From the NCBI GenBank assembly GCA_030248215.1, contig JASANG010001737.1, forward strand, positions 434,001 through 498,000: a stretch of DNA of 64,000 nucleotides, written 5' to 3'. The number at the start of each line of letters is the position of its first letter. Position 1 is the stretch's first letter. Source of the stretch: Enoplolaimus lenunculus. Taxonomy: Eukaryota. The notes below the pieces were generated by a model. The model was not told the origin of the DNA, ran no database searches, and saw only the letters and a program-made list of their open reading frames with translations. Positions 22,580 to 34,243 of the stretch are shown in pieces. The position numbers were made by a program, and so were the translations under genes.

Positions 22580-22754
22580 CAGTGGCGGATCCAGGATCTC
22601 AAAATGGGGGGGGGGGGCAAAATTTCACAGGTAATAAACTTACTTTTGACCCATACACAAACCACGAACTATTGTCACAAAATTGCTATAGAATTTTTGT
22701 CGAGATGCTGTTGGGGGGGCACGGCCGGGGTGGCCCCCCATGGATCCGCCATTG
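22580..22754. mobile_element. hAT-type MITE family D, short form, nested in a family-E element
   Basis: TIR CAGTGGCGGATCCA / TGGATCCGCCATTG; perfect TSD GGGCTGGC (22572-79 / 22755-62). Confidence 0.9.
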
Positions 22755-23080
22755 GGGCTGGCAACAGGCCTGTGCGTATGCCCCACCAGCTTAATCAAGA
22801 TCCATAAACAAGCCACTGTACTGAATTTCATAACATCGATATTTCTTAAATTTTTTCAAAATCAATAAGAAGCTGGGGGCACTACACTAGTAACACCCCG
22901 TAAAGCTTGGTTTGTAAAATTGCTCTGCTTCTCGCTTCATAAGTCTGACTCAGCTCTACACACACATCCACACACTGCTGCACATAGCGTGTACGTGTAC
23001 ACATTACATGTTAAAAGTAAACAAAACAATATGTGTGTAGTTATACTGTAGCTTATATCACTTTTTGGACAGTTTCCATA

Positions 23081-23153
23081 GGCTGTGTGGTGTAGTGGTT
23101 ATCACGTCTGCTTTACACGCAGAAGGTCGCAAGTTCGAGCCTTGCCACAGTCA
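23081..23153 (+). tRNA. tRNA-Val (anticodon TAC)
   Basis: 73-nt cloverleaf: acceptor GGCTGTG/CACAGTC, D-arm TGGTGTAGTGGTTATCAC, anticodon arm TCTGC-TTTACAC-GCAGA, T-loop TTCGAG, and a downstream T-run terminator. Confidence 0.92.
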
Positions 23154-23155
23154 AC

Positions 23156-23267
23156 CTTTTTCTTAACTGTAAAAAGCTATAACTTTTAAGTTAACTTTTT
23201 CTTAACTGTAAAAAGCTATAACTTTTAAGTTAACTTTTTCATAACTGTAAAAAGCTATAACTTTTAA
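23156..23267 (+). repeat. ~40-bp tandem repeat (about 3 copies) that duplicates the tRNA terminator region
   Basis: CTTTTTTCTTAACTGTAAAAAGCTATAACTTTTAAGTTAA is repeated. Confidence 0.85.
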
Positions 23268-23637
23268 AGCGGAGCCGTTACTAACGGTTGAACTTCGGGC
23301 CCGTCCCGTGGAAAACTTTGGGCTCCCCTAGAAAGTTTTCAACCTTTTACTTGTAACGCATTGAAAACTGTTGAACGCCCCTCCTGAAAAATTTTAGCCC
23401 TCCCCAGAAAGGTGAGCTGGCTACAGGCATGTTGAACTCCAGCTCGACGATATGCATAAAACTGTTTTATTAAATTCCCAGAGCCGACGCTACAACACCT
23501 TCTTACCCCGTACGAAGCCTTACTTAGAGTAACTCCGATACAAGGTTTTGATCACACATAAATTTAGAAAATTAGTCTAAATTAATTCAGACAATTTCAA
23601 TACCATCGGACGCACTAAAACTTCCAATCTGTGTAGG

Positions 23638-24017
23638 CAGTGGCGGATCCAGGATCTCAAAATTTGGGGGGGCAAAACTACACAGGTAATAAACTTATTT
23701 TTGACCCATACTGTAGCGACCCAAATAAGAGGGGGTCCCCATTTTGAGTCCCAATTAATAGGAGTCCGTATCCCTAATAAGAATCCGTAAGCGGGTAGAG
23801 TCCTTAAATTCTTGTTTAGAGTCCATAAATGTCTCTTATCCCTAATTGTAGCGCATAAATGACTCCAGGGCCAAGAAACTTTAAAGTGTGCTGATATTTT
23901 ATTGTGTATAAAACAGAGAAATAAACAGCGTAGAACAGCAATTGACACTATATAATTTTTGTCGAGATGCTGTTGGGGGGACACGGCCGGGGTGGCCCCC
24001 CCGTGGATCCGCCATTG
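23638..24017. mobile_element. hAT-type MITE family D, long form with a captured family-C fragment
   Basis: Perfect TSD TGTGTAGG (23630-37 / 24018-25). Reverse-complement homolog of 6104-7088 without the TRIM. Confidence 0.9.
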
Positions 24018-25214
24018 TGTGTAGGAGTACCCAAAATATATTTGACTAAAAATATATAAATGTTTTTTCTTGAATTCAACCTTGGTGAATGACACGGGGG
24101 GGTCTGTGAACAAAAAGATTCCCGATGGGTCTCATAAGACTCGAACAAAAGAGATTCCCCATTTTAAAGTCCTCCAATCAATAGGAGTTAGTATCCGTCA
24201 CCAAGAGCCTTTAGTGGATAGAGGCCATAAGTCCTAGAGTAGAGTCCATGAAAAATCTAAAGCAGAAGAATGGCCTCTCTAGACAACCAGCATACACTTT
24301 GTTCAGAAAAAAATTAACGTACATGACAATCAACAGAATTGAATTCCTTTACAGATATTGTTCGAAGCCAGAGAAAAATATAACCTCTATAGGACCGCGA
24401 AGAATGTGAGCAAATAGAATAACATATCAGGGTGCAACCGGAGTTGAAAAATACCTGAGCCGGAGGTCACCGAAACTTGCCGAAGCCGAGGCTGAATTAG
24501 GTTGTAAAAATGATGGTTAATTTTAGCCAATATCTGCAATATTTTGTTAATTTGTTTTGTTTTTACGCTAATTTTCTTCGAAATTTCGGAAATTGGTTCC
24601 TGAAAATTGTTAAAAATACGCGCTAACAGATAAATTTTGCGAATTATGCAAAATTTTACTACCGAAATTGCCGGAACCTCCGACAAACATTCGACCAGAG
24701 GCGGATGCAGACCTCCGGTTCTACGCTCACATATATCGTTAATGCCATTCAAAAAGCATAGTTTTCGATTTAACAGTACCATGTTATCAGTGTAAATACT
24801 ATTTTTCACTCATACGCAAAAACTGTTTAAAAATTCAAGTTTTTCTACATTATTTGGGTTCAGTTTAAAACCTTAGGCGGGCAAATATTACAAATTTTTT
24901 CCCCGCGGGCATACCCGCGCCAAAATTTTCTTACCCGTACACGCGGGTAGCGCGCAGCTCTGATTTAAACCGTTTACTGATGAACTTCCGAGAGGGTAAA
25001 CATTTTTTACTGAGTAAATTTCTAGCGGTGTATTTTTCCTCCTGCAAGTGTTGTGTTCATATAAAAGCTCCTTCGAAATGAAACAGCATAGTAATTTATT
25101 TTAATACATAAATTCACGGCACACACAGCGAAGGTAAATAATACCTTAAGAAGATTAAGACACATCTAAAATATTTAACCTTGTGAATGAGGACCACATA
25201 TATAGATGAAACTC

Positions 25215-25565
25215 GGCCCAAGTATTGAATAGGGCCTAAACTGTAGTATAAGGATATTCCTAAGCCTAAGCGTATTACGATGAGCTTATACGTAAGCCTA
25301 AGCATAAGGATGAGCCTATACCTATTAAGCCTAAGCGTAAGGATGAGCCTATACCTAAGCCGGCCCATGATACTTCAAGGGGCGTTCGGTTTCTGGTGGG
25401 CCTATAAAAGAGTAGGTTTAGATTTTAGATTATATTTTTTGCTTAAGCTTAGGCTTAGGAACTCAATTTTGCAACGCTTAGGCGAAACCTAAGCGTAAGG
25501 ATGAGCTTATACCTAAGCAAAAAAGTTAGTCCAAAAACGTTCCGGCCCTGTTCTACACATGGGCC
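25215..25565. mobile_element. Compound/nested family-B telomere-repeat MITEs
   Basis: GGCCCAAGTA.. and GGCCCATGATA.. left termini, (GCCTAA)/(TTAGGC) arrays in both orientations, right terminus GGCCCTGTTCTACACATGGGCC. Confidence 0.7.
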
Positions 25566-27014
25566 TGTGGCAGTGTCTCAATCTGACACCTATCTATCCT
25601 CGATTCGATTGCCATTTATATTGTGCCTAAATACTAATTGTGACGCACAATTGATTTAGTTTTAATACATCCTCTGGCCTCCATTAATACGATCCCGTTA
25701 GCTTTACAAAATATAATAGTCAACACCATTCTCAGCGCTTCATCGTGTTTTGAAACGCTTACTTTTACTGTTCCTTGAAAAGTAACTAAGCGAAATATAC
25801 CTGGAGGAAAGTAAATCTTTAAAAAATACCCTTCAATTCAAAGTATAAAACTTTAAAACAATGCCAACCAATTTTCTAACCAACGTTCGCAACAAAGAAC
25901 AACGAACAAGATATTAGCAGGAAATAAATAATCTTTGCAATACTATCATATTAGCAATCAACAACAGACATAACAGACGCTTAGATGTTTGATTCAATAT
26001 GATACTAACGTACCCACGTTAACACATAATTGGCTCGTTACTCACAAACGGTTACGCCCATTGTTTCTGGCTATTTTATTACAGGCTGGTGTCGTCCGAC
26101 ATCAATGCGACTTCAGTTTGAACAACGCCGTGTCTGAACAACGCCACATACAAATCTGAACTAACAATTGTTGACTTGCAACACCGTGTGGAGCCAAACA
26201 AGTATAGCGCTCAACACAGCAAAATAAATTTCACAATTTGGCGTACCATGCTCCAGGTTCAGTGATATGAATACTGCAAAAATACACGAAATCCAACTCA
26301 ATTCATTCAATTTCTACTTGACACCAAAATAAAAACAGGTCTTGTAATTGCTAACCAATCTATCACACAAATCCAAGCTTAATAGATAATGACTAAATAT
26401 GAATGATTGTAAACAATAACAAAATCTGCACTCAGGTAAGGATAAATTCAATCACTGATAATAACACATTGGCATTTTAGTGAAAAACACACACAACACC
26501 AAGACACATTAAACTAAAGCTAGCGACAGATGTAATAAAGAAAATCGGTCGATTGGGGGCCGGCAACAGTTTCCTAAGATACATTTTAATGGAAATCACT
26601 TTTCTAACGTAATTAATCACCATTTTTAAACGAGTCTTACAATTGTGATTGCTTAATAAATTAATACTCTAACTAGAATTTTTTGGCACCACGCATATAT
26701 TATGCGTATTGTTCTCCTTAAGTGAAAAAGGTAAACATCCCGTTCAAACACAATGATATGACTGTAATCGTCGTCACTTACAAATATATCACACTATATA
26801 CTTTGGGGAGTTTTTTAATTTACGAAAACACCTGTATGATACCCGATTTTAACCGAAGAGCCTACCTAAATCTGCAAGTTTACCACTGTCGCTGTCATGC
26901 TACGTAAAGCAACAAGGAAAATTGAAAAAAATATGTTCATGAGCGCCAGTAAACGATCAGTGTATATTTCTGACTTCGACTCAACAAAATGTTCCGAAAA
27001 CTTTCGGCTTACAG

Positions 27015-30000
27015 CTACATAGCTTTAATTTTAAGTTGTTTCATCTTTGGTTGTTTGCGTTTCGCCTCTCGCTTTAATTCTTGTTTCTGAAAATCACTAA
27101 TCAGTTAAAAATATAAACATTTCAATCTAAACTATTAAAGTAAGTTCCGGTATCTGTATCATGTTCTGCCAAGATAGGAATTCACATCCCCTACCCATTA
27201 GATACAAGCCCGCAGCCGGTCAATATACTGTTACAGAGGTCAAAAACCCTCGAGTGATTGAATATGCGGGCATATCCTATGATTTACACAAACAGAGCAC
27301 AAAAAGTTTTTTAGGGAGGGTCAAATTCTCTTGAAGATGTTTGATCACCCTAACCTCCAGCGTCTCTAGCTACGGTTCAGATGACATACCAACGCTAGGG
27401 ACATGCGGACTTATCCTACAATTTACACAAACAGAACAAAAATTTTCTACGGAGGGGCAAATTTTTTCACGAGGGTACTTGAGCCATCTGGTCGCCTGAT
27501 CTCTCTAGCAGCAGTCCCGCTCGATCATCTAGCAATGCTATGGAAACAAACTAACCTCAAGCCGACGTTGCTTTTCCGGGTCTTCTTCGCTCATCATTCG
27601 CTCTTTGCGTTCGCGTATTTTTTCTTCTTTACGCGCTTGTGCCGCTTCTTGGCGAGCCGCGTGCGTTGTCTTCAAAAACGATTCTTCGACGCGGAGACGG
27701 TTCTTGTCGGCTTTCAGTTTAGCCTAATATAAAAAACATCATCTAAAATGGTTCAAAGTGTCAAAACCAACATAGCATATTTTAAAACCCAATGTAGTTC
27801 AATTCAACATCTACGCCGTAATATAACCAAAACAAAAGTTTTCAAAACTCCTGGATTTGCCTGCGAGCTTTCTACTGTATTTTGAACTGATTACACAAGC
27901 GTTTGCCGATGTTTGTCAAAAAATATTCCTAGTAGTGTATTTTCTTCTCGAGTCAACTGCAGTTCAGGCAACATGTTAACACTAATAGTCTGCTAATTAA
28001 ACCTAAGCCTAATCGTAAGCCTTAATTCCGAAGTCTTTCAATAGGTAGGCACCAATATTAATTAGGGCCGCAGATTATATAGCAACAACATATTTATCTC
28101 TAGTGTACTCCTAGAGGATGAAGACGCCACATATTCAAAATAACTTTCACCAACCTCTCTCGATAATCTAAACCGTTTCGTTTTATCGATCAGATGGAAC
28201 ACAAAATGTAATAGAGGCTTCATTGACTCGACATGTTTCTCAGAGCACATATTCTTGCCGGGTACTGAAACAAGGCTGTTGAATAATACAAACTATAATG
28301 TTCGCGTGGTCTCTAATTTATGTGATAAAATTCTGAATTGTGAAGTTTACTGGAATTAACAATCAGTTTGCCAGGGTGCAAAATGGAACTACGGCTTTGG
28401 TTACAATTCCGATTCAAAACCGTTTCCGATTGCAATTGTAAGTATTTTGCTGTTTTGTTGCTATCCTATGCTTCTTAAATACTGATTGTATTAAATTGTG
28501 AATAACATGTGATCCTTGTAAAATATAAGCAACACAGAACATTCTGAAACAAACACAGCGCACTTCCAAATTATATAAGGCTCGCAATGTAAGTAGTATG
28601 TGGTTTGAATACTTATAGTTCTGATTCCGATATAAAGTCAGGTGTGCTGAAGATAAAACCAGACACAACTACAATGCTTACTTACTATTGAATCCAAAAA
28701 TCATAACACGCTGAGCTTCAGGAAGTTTCTGAGTTTCACTTCTGAAATGATCAAGAAACAAAACTACAATTTATCCTCATTACTCGTAATTAGACACGTC
28801 AACACGCACAGGTCTCAACAATAAAAAATTGAAAATCCCTAAGATGAGCAAAGCAACCTGTAAAAAGTCTTTTGTCCAATACATATATGTTGTTTCGCGT
28901 CAAGAACACAATGGCATGTACAATCATGTGAATGCGACATTAGTATGCTGTACGAAAGATGAACTGAAACAATTGTGATATTGAAAATTTACGTATCCTC
29001 AGTCGCGTACTCATAGTCTTGCGGACGCGGTCCAGTGTATTGATCAGAGATATGAATATAATCGATGCATTCTTCAAATTTCGTTAGCGTCGCAATGATC
29101 TGAAAGAAGATATAATTATTCAGTCACTTCACATTAATTTACCACTAATGTGGTGTGCTGTCTACCTTGTCTACCTCCTGTAAGGCCGCGTTAAACTAAT
29201 AATGGCCACAATTTTCCATATTTAACCAAATCACAAGGCCCATTCAGGTACAACTGCTATGTTCTTATTAAATCTAAAAATACGAAACCTTTATTATAGC
29301 TGCTTGCTTAATACTTCCATTCGTTCTCACTGATTTATGATTAGGTTTTGTAGGTGTGTAGAGCAGCGTGTGCTATTCTTAAAAGTTTACCAAAGGAATT
29401 CTATGACCGATGTGATAGGTTTCAATCTCAACATCCCTATCAATCCAAATCAAAATATAAAATTAATTAATTAAACTTTAGTTACCTTTGGATCTAAAAT
29501 CGCAGCCGTAGCTTCGCCTAACTCAGATAAAACAATCAATGATGATGGCAGCCCCATATACTCTGATACCTTCCGTCCAGAACAATAATGATACTAAAAT
29601 ATGCATTATTAATACGAGTTAGTCAGAGTTCAGCTGGAATTCCTGTTTCGCCGGAATTCGTGCTAAGATTCAATTCCTGTTCCTGTTACTGCGGTGAAAT
29701 CCGCAGAAACAGGAATTTTGACTCTTTTATGACAAATTGTGAAGAATGAGTGTAAAAAGAAAAAATTTACATCTCAAAAAATTTGCTGAAATTCAAGTTC
29801 TTTTCACAATTTGCGTTCACCTACAGATGCAGCATATTTTGAAGCATTTGACGCATGTTTTTGCATATAAAACTCATAAAACTGGCTAGTGAAAACCCAA
29901 AACAGTCAATGAACAACATATTATTTTGTTTTGAACTATTTTTAACTTGCAGTAATTCAGTGTTGCAGTAGATTCGCAATTTTAGTTCCACTTCTTATCT

Positions 30001-33000
30001 TAACTAAAATTCAAAAACTATTTTTTGAACGCAAGCTGCGGTTTTAAATAACTACCGAGACTTTAATCACCCGAAACAGAAAAATGGTATTAAAGTAAAT
30101 GGACAAAAAGTGCATTTTGATTACCAAATCGTTCATTTCTTTCGCCATTTTAGTAACCGATTTCTTCTTTCCCAAACAAAACACAAAACTGTCCATATCG
30201 TCGTTACTTAGATTTGCTCGAATAATCTGCAACAAAACACAAAGAGAAATGTGAAAAAATAAACTTTATGCCAACCAGTAGCGTTCCTAAGCCTAATCAA
30301 AATGACGCTTAACCCGTCGCACATACTCTACCCTTCTACGCTCATACCTAAATAAACTTACGTACCAGCTGATCATAGGACGGTTTCACAATTTTTCCTA
30401 ACGTCGACACTAAATCTTGTCGCTTGAGTAGTCGTAATTGAATAAGTATACTTTTGCAGGCGTGACGTCCGGAGCACCATGCACTGAAAATACTGTCAGA
30501 TTCTTTCATCAATACACCTTCAGACGGCGCGTCTTTGTCTCGACCATCATCGCCTGAAATAAGCAACGCGAAGCTCAATGCAAGAAAAAGCTGTAAATTC
30601 GGTGATCAACAAGAACAAAGCTAATGCAAACAAGACGCACTTTCGGCATTTAACTGTAAAAGTTGTGCTTTAAATTCAAAATTTATGTTAAAAATATCAT
30701 CCATATTAAAGTGTAATATAAAACAAAATTTCCGTGGTAAAACGATACGGATAGACAAAACAAACATTACCAACAACAAAAAAGTTTGCTTCCAATAAAT
30801 CTTTATTTGATTCAAACCATGCGGTGGCCAGTGATTGATTTTTCGATTTGCCAAAAATGTAATTCAACAAATAAATACCCAGTCCAAACAACATAATGAG
30901 CTCGACTTGAAAATTGAACCAATTATTGCGTAAATACGGCGGCACCTGAAACAATTAAAAACCATCTGGCTAAGCTTGAACATTTCGCGAATTTGGCTCA
31001 AACCACTGAACGGATATTATATACAATTTGTGTTTGGAAACGTGTTGTATGCGATTGTGCATTAAAAATGTCAGGCGCGGATACATCAAGATTTGTCTGA
31101 AGACGGGTCCAGATATTAAGTACATATTTCGAGCAGAGTATACTTAGTCACACTAGTTTTTTTGCTATAATTCGTCAAGCGATGTTTGCGGATGTGGAAA
31201 ATCAAGTCGCACCCTGGAAGCCTATGTAGTTCCACATTTTCTCCCTTGAAATATTTCTTCATTCGCCATATTTTCCCCGTCATAGCTTTTTTCAGCTATA
31301 TTTTCGGTTGCCACATTTTCCCATTTCCGCATAACTACCATACTCACCTTATATTTTCCGCTGCAATCTCACATGCAATTGCACTATGCGCATAGAAAAT
31401 ACTATTTTTTCGACATATTTTGAGTTTTCTAACTTTCACACAGCCAATAACTGTTGTTATCCACACAAGGGTATATTTGTCTATATTTCAAACAACATTG
31501 TTGAACAATTTCAAACAACATCGTCGCTCATAAGAACATTTCACTAAATTAGGGGCGCGGGTAGGCTTGGGCTGTCCCTCTACTGCACTGGTTCAAAACG
31601 AAACAAACCAAATCACCATAGCTTGAATAAACTGAAATGTGTATTATCCGAAAATTAATTACCATCAGGTGTTATATAATGGGTTCTGTCAATGTCATTG
31701 TTTTAAACGGAGTACTAAGAACTAAAATACATTAAAATATCCATCTGAGAATTGTTTAAGAAAGAAAAACTAAAAGCTGGGAAACTTAAAAACGCAAATG
31801 AAAAACTGTTAAATACCCATCTCTTTTCAAGATTCTAACCAACTAAAAATACGCCGACAGGCGAAGTATTTCAAAAAGAAAAATATGGCAGTCACACAGG
31901 GGAATACGGCAGGGGAAAATATGGCACGACACCTGCAATTCAGCCAATCTAAACTCGCAATGGAACTTTAGATTTCACAAGTCACACGAAAGAAAAGAAT
32001 TTGTTGGACAAGTTTTCAGGTATAACCGACTAAAGATCACGGTCTCTGTCTCGACACACCTCGGTATTTGGCTTGTCTCAGTCTCGCTTTAGTCTTGATA
32101 GGTTTCAAATCGAGACCCAAGAAAAGGAAATCAAGTTCATGTTTTTATGCTCAATGTTCACAACAAATGATATCTATTGCAATTTGTTGGTTTTTAGATA
32201 TAAATTTTTCGCTGTTTTAGCAATCATTGTTATTATATTACAATTAATTTTTTAAACTCATTATATACCTGGTTTCAGCAATATAGCGAAGGAATTTTTC
32301 GCAAAATCAAACACAAATGTTATAAAGACGACACATCAAGGTATAATTTTTTATCACTGTTTTGCGTTTCTAGAGTTTAGTGACTGTTGGTTTTTAATTT
32401 AATATTACAATTAGTGCTTCACCGATATGTTGTGACGAAACTAGTGTTCACTAATTGCTTATTTTACGTTTATAAAATATATATGTAACGTGTACCAGTT
32501 ATCGCACATAAATTACAACTAAGGTATACAAAAACGTACATCAGTAATTTTCAACTTCGGTTGCTGATCGCCTTTACCGTGTGTTGGACGTATCTGCTTT
32601 TCTCGTTCATAATTTTCAAACTCTTCATCGTCGCGAAAATTATCGAATTCATCCATGTCGTCCTAAAATACAGTATTTTTATTAAGTGACAGGTAATCTT
32701 CAAACTGCAAAAACGATTAACCATAAATTTTAAAGTTCCAATTCATAAATTTTACGCGCTATAATAAGATGTTACGTTTTTCAAAATCATGTCACTGATG
32801 TCGTTTAATTCAAATACTTTTGAGACCATATAGAACTAAATGAAAAACCTAGATTTATTTTGCATTGCTTAACTAGCCAGCTGTTGAATAAAACTTTCAA
32901 TATATGACGCCGAACTTTTAACCGCCAATTGGCGAATGACAGAAAAACTTTAGGCGTCAATTCGATACCTATTTTAGGTACCACGAAGCCTGGATTGACA

Positions 33001-33536
33001 AAAAAAGAAACACGACATTGAGTTCTGTTTTTGTACAGAAGAAACCAAAAACCCAGAAAGTTCATGCAAAACAAGAACGATACACACTTCAACCAAGCCA
33101 TCATCTTCATCGCTATCTATATCCATTTCGTGTTTTTTCGACCGCTGCGCGTCATAAGCACTTCGACGCTGATCTTCTATGTCGTCGTCTTTAAACAAAA
33201 AAACTACGATCATATAAATCATTGTAATGTCTCTATATATGAATTCGTTGATCTGTTACCTATGAAGCAAATCAAATATTTTCCTGTTGGCATAAAAAAT
33301 TACACACTTACCGCTTCTAGCAAACTCATCAACTGAATCGTCTTGTCGCTGTCGTTTTACGCCATCCCCAGCTTCATCTGAACGACTCGGTGTGGTATCA
33401 AGCGTTTCAAATTCGTCGTCAAACTCTTCAAATTCTGCGAACTCACTATCCGGAACATCGACCGAGTGATGGTGTATTGAACATAGCACACTTGACACTA
33501 GACTAAGCGCGAATAGCACCAACCAAATTGTTTCAT
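27015..33536 (-). CDS. CCDC47: CCDC47 (PAT complex subunit, ER membrane); about 12 coding exons, approximately 33536-33312, 33188-33088, 32662-32540, 30945-30770, 30554-30365, 30226-30125, 29593-29486, 29099-~29000, 28741-28685, 28264-28155, 27723-27556, 27086-27015
   Basis: Signal peptide plus acidic [11 protein letters not shown] region, [78 protein letters not shown] and terminal [11 protein letters not shown]. The likely ATG at 33536 is one base out of frame. Confidence 0.92.
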
Positions 33537-33669
33537 CTATAAGTTTAGATATATTTATTTAACAAAATTGGGTTCCAACAGGAATTAGAGAACTTGCCAA
33601 AAATGGCTTATGCGAACTTTCAGCTATTTCATCATCAAGCATTGCGAAAACACAATAGAAACAGTTTAT

Positions 33670-34243
33670 TGTCAGTCTAGGTAGGAACCGGGACATCAGA
33701 CCTTTCAACTAAGCAGGTGGAAAAGCGGACCTGCGGAGCGGGGATCAAACTATCAGCCTACGGATCCTTAAGCGAACACTCTACCACTGCGCCACGCAGA
33801 CCGCCTCTCCAACTGCATTTTTCGTCGACTGTGTCGATCGTATGCTGCCAGCTATCATACATACAGTGCACTGCACTATGTATATAAGCATGTCTCACAT
33901 GCTTACATGCCCTTATTTTCAACAAGGTCGTCCCTTGACCGTCCATCCTACTTTCGACTGGATACCGTGTTCATAGCGCGGCAATTTACAATTGCGCCCA
34001 CGGCGTAGCGTCAGTCTAGGTTGGAACTGAGGGACATCAGACCTTTTCATTAAGCAACTGGAAAATCGGGCCTCCGGAGCGGGGATCGTACTCTCAGCCC
34101 GGATCCTTAAGCGAACACTCTACCACTGCGCCACGCAGCCCGCCTCTCAACTGCATTTTTCGTCGACTATGTGTCGACCGTATGCTGCCAGCTATCATAC
34201 ATACAGTGCACTGCACTATATAAGCATGTCTCACATGCTTACA
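33670..34243 (-). mobile_element. TRIM with tRNA-like LTRs, copy 2, just upstream of the first CCDC47 coding exon (probably a 5'UTR intron)
   Basis: LTRs 34010-34243 and 33670-33907; internal 33908-34009 homologous to copy 1 but with the PBS start deleted; 5-bp TSD TTTAT (33665-69 / 34244-48). Confidence 0.88.
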
